Source: an uncultured Prevotella sp.
Lineage (GTDB): Bacteria; Bacteroidota; Bacteroidia; Bacteroidales; Bacteroidaceae
DNA length: 64,000 nucleotides
Assembly (NCBI GenBank): GCA_900548745.1
Contig: URLQ01000001.1
Coordinates: 4,842-68,841 of the forward strand
Direction of reading: 5' to 3'
The stretch's first letter is position 1; every line of letters begins with the position of its first letter. The notes under the pieces are model-generated. The model was not told where the DNA came from and made no database searches. It saw nothing but the letters and a program-made list of their open reading frames with translations. Made by a program: the position numbers and the translations under genes. This document shows positions 61,157 through 64,000 of this stretch, piece after piece.

Positions 61157-62572
61157 ATGAACGAAACAAACCAAAAGAAAATGAGCGATTCTCCAGCACT
61201 GCGCTGGACTGCCCTCGTGCTGCTTGCCAGCGCAATGTTCTTTGCCTACATCTTTGTAGACATTCTTTCTCCACTGCAGGAAATTCTCCAGACGCAACGT
61301 GGCTGGGACCCTCAGGCATATGGCCACTTTGCCGGCTCTGAGCCTTTCCTCAACGTCTTCGTGTTCTTCCTCATCTTTGCAGGAATTATCCTCGACAAGA
61401 TGGGAGTACGCTTCACCGCTATCCTTTCAGGTGGCGTTATGGTGCTCGGTGCTGCAATCAACTGGTTTGCCGTTACTGACACCTTCGAGGCTTCTTCATT
61501 CAAGACCTTCATGGATGGCATCCTGAACTTGCCACAGGCATGGTGGAACGTAACACCTTGGTATGACGGCATGCCTGCTTCTGCCAAGCTCTCCGCTATC
61601 GGATTCATGATTTTCGGTTGCGGTGCAGAGATGGCCGGTATTACCGTAAGCCGTGGTATCGTGAAATGGTTTACCGGACATGAGATGGCTCTTGCCATGG
61701 GTATCGAGATGGCTATCGCACGTGTAGGTGTTGCCGTTGTCATGATTGGTTCTCCTGCTTTGGCATCCATCGCTCCTGTAAGCGTAAGCCGCCCGGTAGC
61801 AGCTTCTCTGCTTCTTGTGTGCATCGGCCTTATCTGCTTCATAGTATACGGTTTCATGGATAAGAAACTCGACGCTCAGGGTGCTGAGGAGGAGAAGGAC
61901 GACCCATTCAAGATTTCCGACATTGGCAAGATTCTCTCGCTCCGCATGTTCTGGGTTGTTGCACTGCTTTGCGTACTCTACTACAGTGCAATCTTCCCAT
62001 TCCAGAAGTATGCCATCAACATGTTGCAGTGCAACCTGCACTTCACAGCAGAACAGGCTGGATATGTATTCTTCGTATTCCCGTTGGGAGCTGCTGCCGT
62101 GACTCCGTTCCTCGGCAACTTCCTCGACCGCAAGGGTAAGGGTGCTACAATGCTTATCCTCGGAGCCATGCTGATGATAGTCTGCCATCTCATCTTCGCT
62201 TTCATTGTACCTGCAACACAGAGCGTTGTCATCACACTGGCAGCCATCATCGTACTGGGCATCTCTTTCTCACTCGTTCCTGCTGCTCTTTGGCCTTCAG
62301 TGCCAAAGCTCATCGACGGCAAGTTGCTCGGTTCGGCATACGCTTTGATATTCTGGATTCAGAACATCGGTCTGTACGCTTTCCCAATGATTATCGGTAG
62401 CGTGCTTAAGGCAAGCAACCCTGGCGTTGAAGACCCTCTCAAGTATAACTATACCATCCCAATGGTTGTGTTTGCAATGCTCGGTGTAGCAGCATTGTTG
62501 CTCGGACTCTACCTCAAAGCTATCGACAAGAAGGGCGGTTACGGACTTGAAGAGCCAAACATCAAGAAATAA
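61157..62572 (+). CDS. MFS transporter, MFSD1-like
   Basis: About 12 TM segments; motif A GIILDKMGVR; ATG 61157 preferred. Confidence 0.88.
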   Translation: MNETNQKKMSDSPALRWTALVLLASAMFFAYIFVDILSPLQEILQTQRGWDPQAYGHFAGSEPFLNVFVFFLIFAGIILDKMGVRFTAILSGGVMVLGAAINWFAVTDTFEASSFKTFMDGILNLPQAWWNVTPWYDGMPASAKLSAIGFMIFGCGAEMAGITVSRGIVKWFTGHEMALAMGIEMAIARVGVAVVMIGSPALASIAPVSVSRPVAASLLLVCIGLICFIVYGFMDKKLDAQGAEEEKDDPFKISDIGKILSLRMFWVVALLCVLYYSAIFPFQKYAINMLQCNLHFTAEQAGYVFFVFPLGAAAVTPFLGNFLDRKGKGATMLILGAMLMIVCHLIFAFIVPATQSVVITLAAIIVLGISFSLVPAALWPSVPKLIDGKLLGSAYALIFWIQNIGLYAFPMIIGSVLKASNPGVEDPLKYNYTIPMVVFAMLGVAALLLGLYLKAIDKKGGYGLEEPNIKK

Positions 62573-62614
62573 TTCCCCCACAACTGTATATTAGCAATAA
62601 AATATACATAAATC

Positions 62615-62669
62615 AATGATAGGAACGGCAAGTTATTTATATACTTGTTTTTCCTATCATTTTTTTTTT
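62615..62669 (+). terminator. Intrinsic terminator of the peptidase-MFS unit
   Basis: Stem AATGATAGGAA/TTCCTATCATT followed by a T-run. Confidence 0.7.
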
Positions 62670-62670
62670 G

Positions 62671-62678
62671 TAATTTTG
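62671..62678 (+). promoter_or_regulatory. -7 promoter element of proS
   Basis: TAATTTTG followed by CA. Confidence 0.55.
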
Positions 62679-62780
62679 CAACCATTGAACGTCAGACATA
62701 GTATATTATATATAATAAGGTATATATATAACAGATATGTGTACGTTGGAAACTCAACAGAAGATAAAGATAAAATAAAT

Positions 62781-64000
62781 ATGGCAAAAGAACTAAAACA
62801 ACTTACCAAAAGGGCTGATAACTACAGCCAGTGGTACAATGACTTGGTGACAAAGGCAGACCTTGCAGAACAATCACCGGTAAGAGGATGTATGATTATC
62901 AAGCCTTACGGCTATGCGATATGGGAGAAGATGCAACATCAGCTCGACGCTATGTTCAAGGAGACAGGAGCACAGAACGCCTACTTCCCTCTTCTTATCC
63001 CTAAGTCATTCCTTTCAAGAGAGGCAGAGCATGTAGAAGGCTTTGCAAAGGAGTGTGCCGTTGTAACGCACTACCGCCTGAAAGCAAAGGAAGACAAGAG
63101 CGGCGTGGAGGTAGACCCGGCAGCAAAGCTTGACGAAGAGCTCATCATCCGCCCTACATCGGAGACCATCATCTGGAACACATACAAGAACTGGATCCAC
63201 TCATGGAGAGACCTGCCACTGATGTGCAACCAGTGGTGTAACGTTATGCGTTGGGAGATGCGTACACGTCCATTCCTCCGCACATCGGAATTTCTATGGC
63301 AGGAGGGTCACACCGCCCATGCCACAAAGGAAGAGGCAGAGGCAGAGGCACAGAAGATGCTCCACGTATATGCAGACTTTGCAGAGCAGTATATGGCAGT
63401 GCCTGTAGTACGCGGCGTGAAGAGCGAGACAGAACGCTTTGCCGGAGCACTCGACACCTACACCATCGAAGCAATGATGCAGGACGGCAAAGCACTACAG
63501 AGCGGTACAAGCCACTTCCTCGGACAGAACTTCGCAAAGGCTTTCGACGTTACATACCTCAATAAAGACAATAAGCCTGAATACGTATGGGCTACATCAT
63601 GGGGTGTGTCAACCCGCCTTATCGGAGCACTCATTATGACACACTCCGACGACAACGGACTCGTTCTTCCACCTATGCTCGCCCCAATACAGGTTGTGAT
63701 AATACCTATCACCAAGGGACAGGAGCAGCTTGACGCCATCACGGAGAAGCTATCTCCAGTAATTGCAGAACTGCGCAAGGCTGGCATCAGCGTGAAATAC
63801 GATGATGCAGACAACAAGCGTCCGGGATTCAAGTTCGCCGACTATGAGCTGAAGGGAGTACCTGTACGTCTCGTAATGGGAGGACGCGACCTTGAGAACG
63901 GCACAGTAGAGGTAATGCGCCGCGACACTCTCGAAAAGGAGACACGCCCTGTCGAAGGAATAGTAGAATATGTAGAGCAATTGCTGAAAGACATCCAGAC
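62781..64000 (+). CDS. proS: Proline--tRNA ligase, archaeal/eukaryote-like type (3' truncated)
   Basis: Manual translation: [19 protein letters not shown]...RPTSET...[22 protein letters not shown]...SWGVSTR. Missing from the ORF track because it has no stop in the window. Confidence 0.96.
   Translation, partial: MAKELKQLTKRADNYSQWYNDLVTKADLAEQSPVRGCMIIKPYGYAIWEKMQHQLDAMFKETGAQNAYFPLLIPKSFLSREAEHVEGFAKECAVVTHYRLKAKEDKSGVEVDPAAKLDEELIIRPTSETIIWNTYKNWIHSWRDLPLMCNQWCNVMRWEMRTRPFLRTSEFLWQEGHTAHATKEEAEAEAQKMLHVYADFAEQYMAVPVVRGVKSETERFAGALDTYTIEAMMQDGKALQSGTSHFLGQNFAKAFDVTYLNKDNKPEYVWATSWGVSTRLIGALIMTHSDDNGLVLPPMLAPIQVVIIPITKGQEQLDAITEKLSPVIAELRKAGISVKYDDADNKRPGFKFADYELKGVPVRLVMGGRDLENGTVEVMRRDTLEKETRPVEGIVEYVEQLLKDIQ

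Noticed and set aside
62660..62669. Poly-T tract as a phase-variable spacer in the proS promoter
   Set aside because: It is adequately explained as the U-tract of the upstream terminator, and proS is an essential housekeeping gene.

Overview
This window is a mostly housekeeping segment of a Bacteroidales chromosome, probably Prevotella/Segatella-like. That assignment is inferred from gene content, TAnnTTTG promoters and the lack of Shine-Dalgarno sites. It holds about 46 genes: secA (5' partial), feoAB, fucO, rpsP, an mltF-like gene, hisGDC with a detached hisB, rlmH, an addA/addB-like pair, rplU-rpmA, an HU-like gene, nrdDG, a luxR regulator, a Na+-decarboxylase module lacking its carboxyltransferase, a YidE/AspT transporter, nifJ, a porin, a lolC/E-like permease, rpoZ, bamD, uvrB, pyrG, yidC, an S9 peptidase, an MFS transporter and proS (3' partial). 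I found no rRNA, tRNA, CRISPR array, transposase or integrase. The unexplained non-coding signals are: a recurrent AT-rich motif (TATATAATAAGGT and variants) with a perfect 19-bp inverted pair around the AAA-ATPase segment; five arrays of 21/22-bp periodic repeats; a composite repeat locus at 44.7-45.2 kb; and several long structured intergenic hairpins, including a possibly switchable hisG leader. The main protein-level leads are a DPP5-like peptidase next to an MFSD1-like transporter, and a small secreted basic protein with a possible flavinylation motif. All family assignments come from reading motifs by eye; no database search was run.
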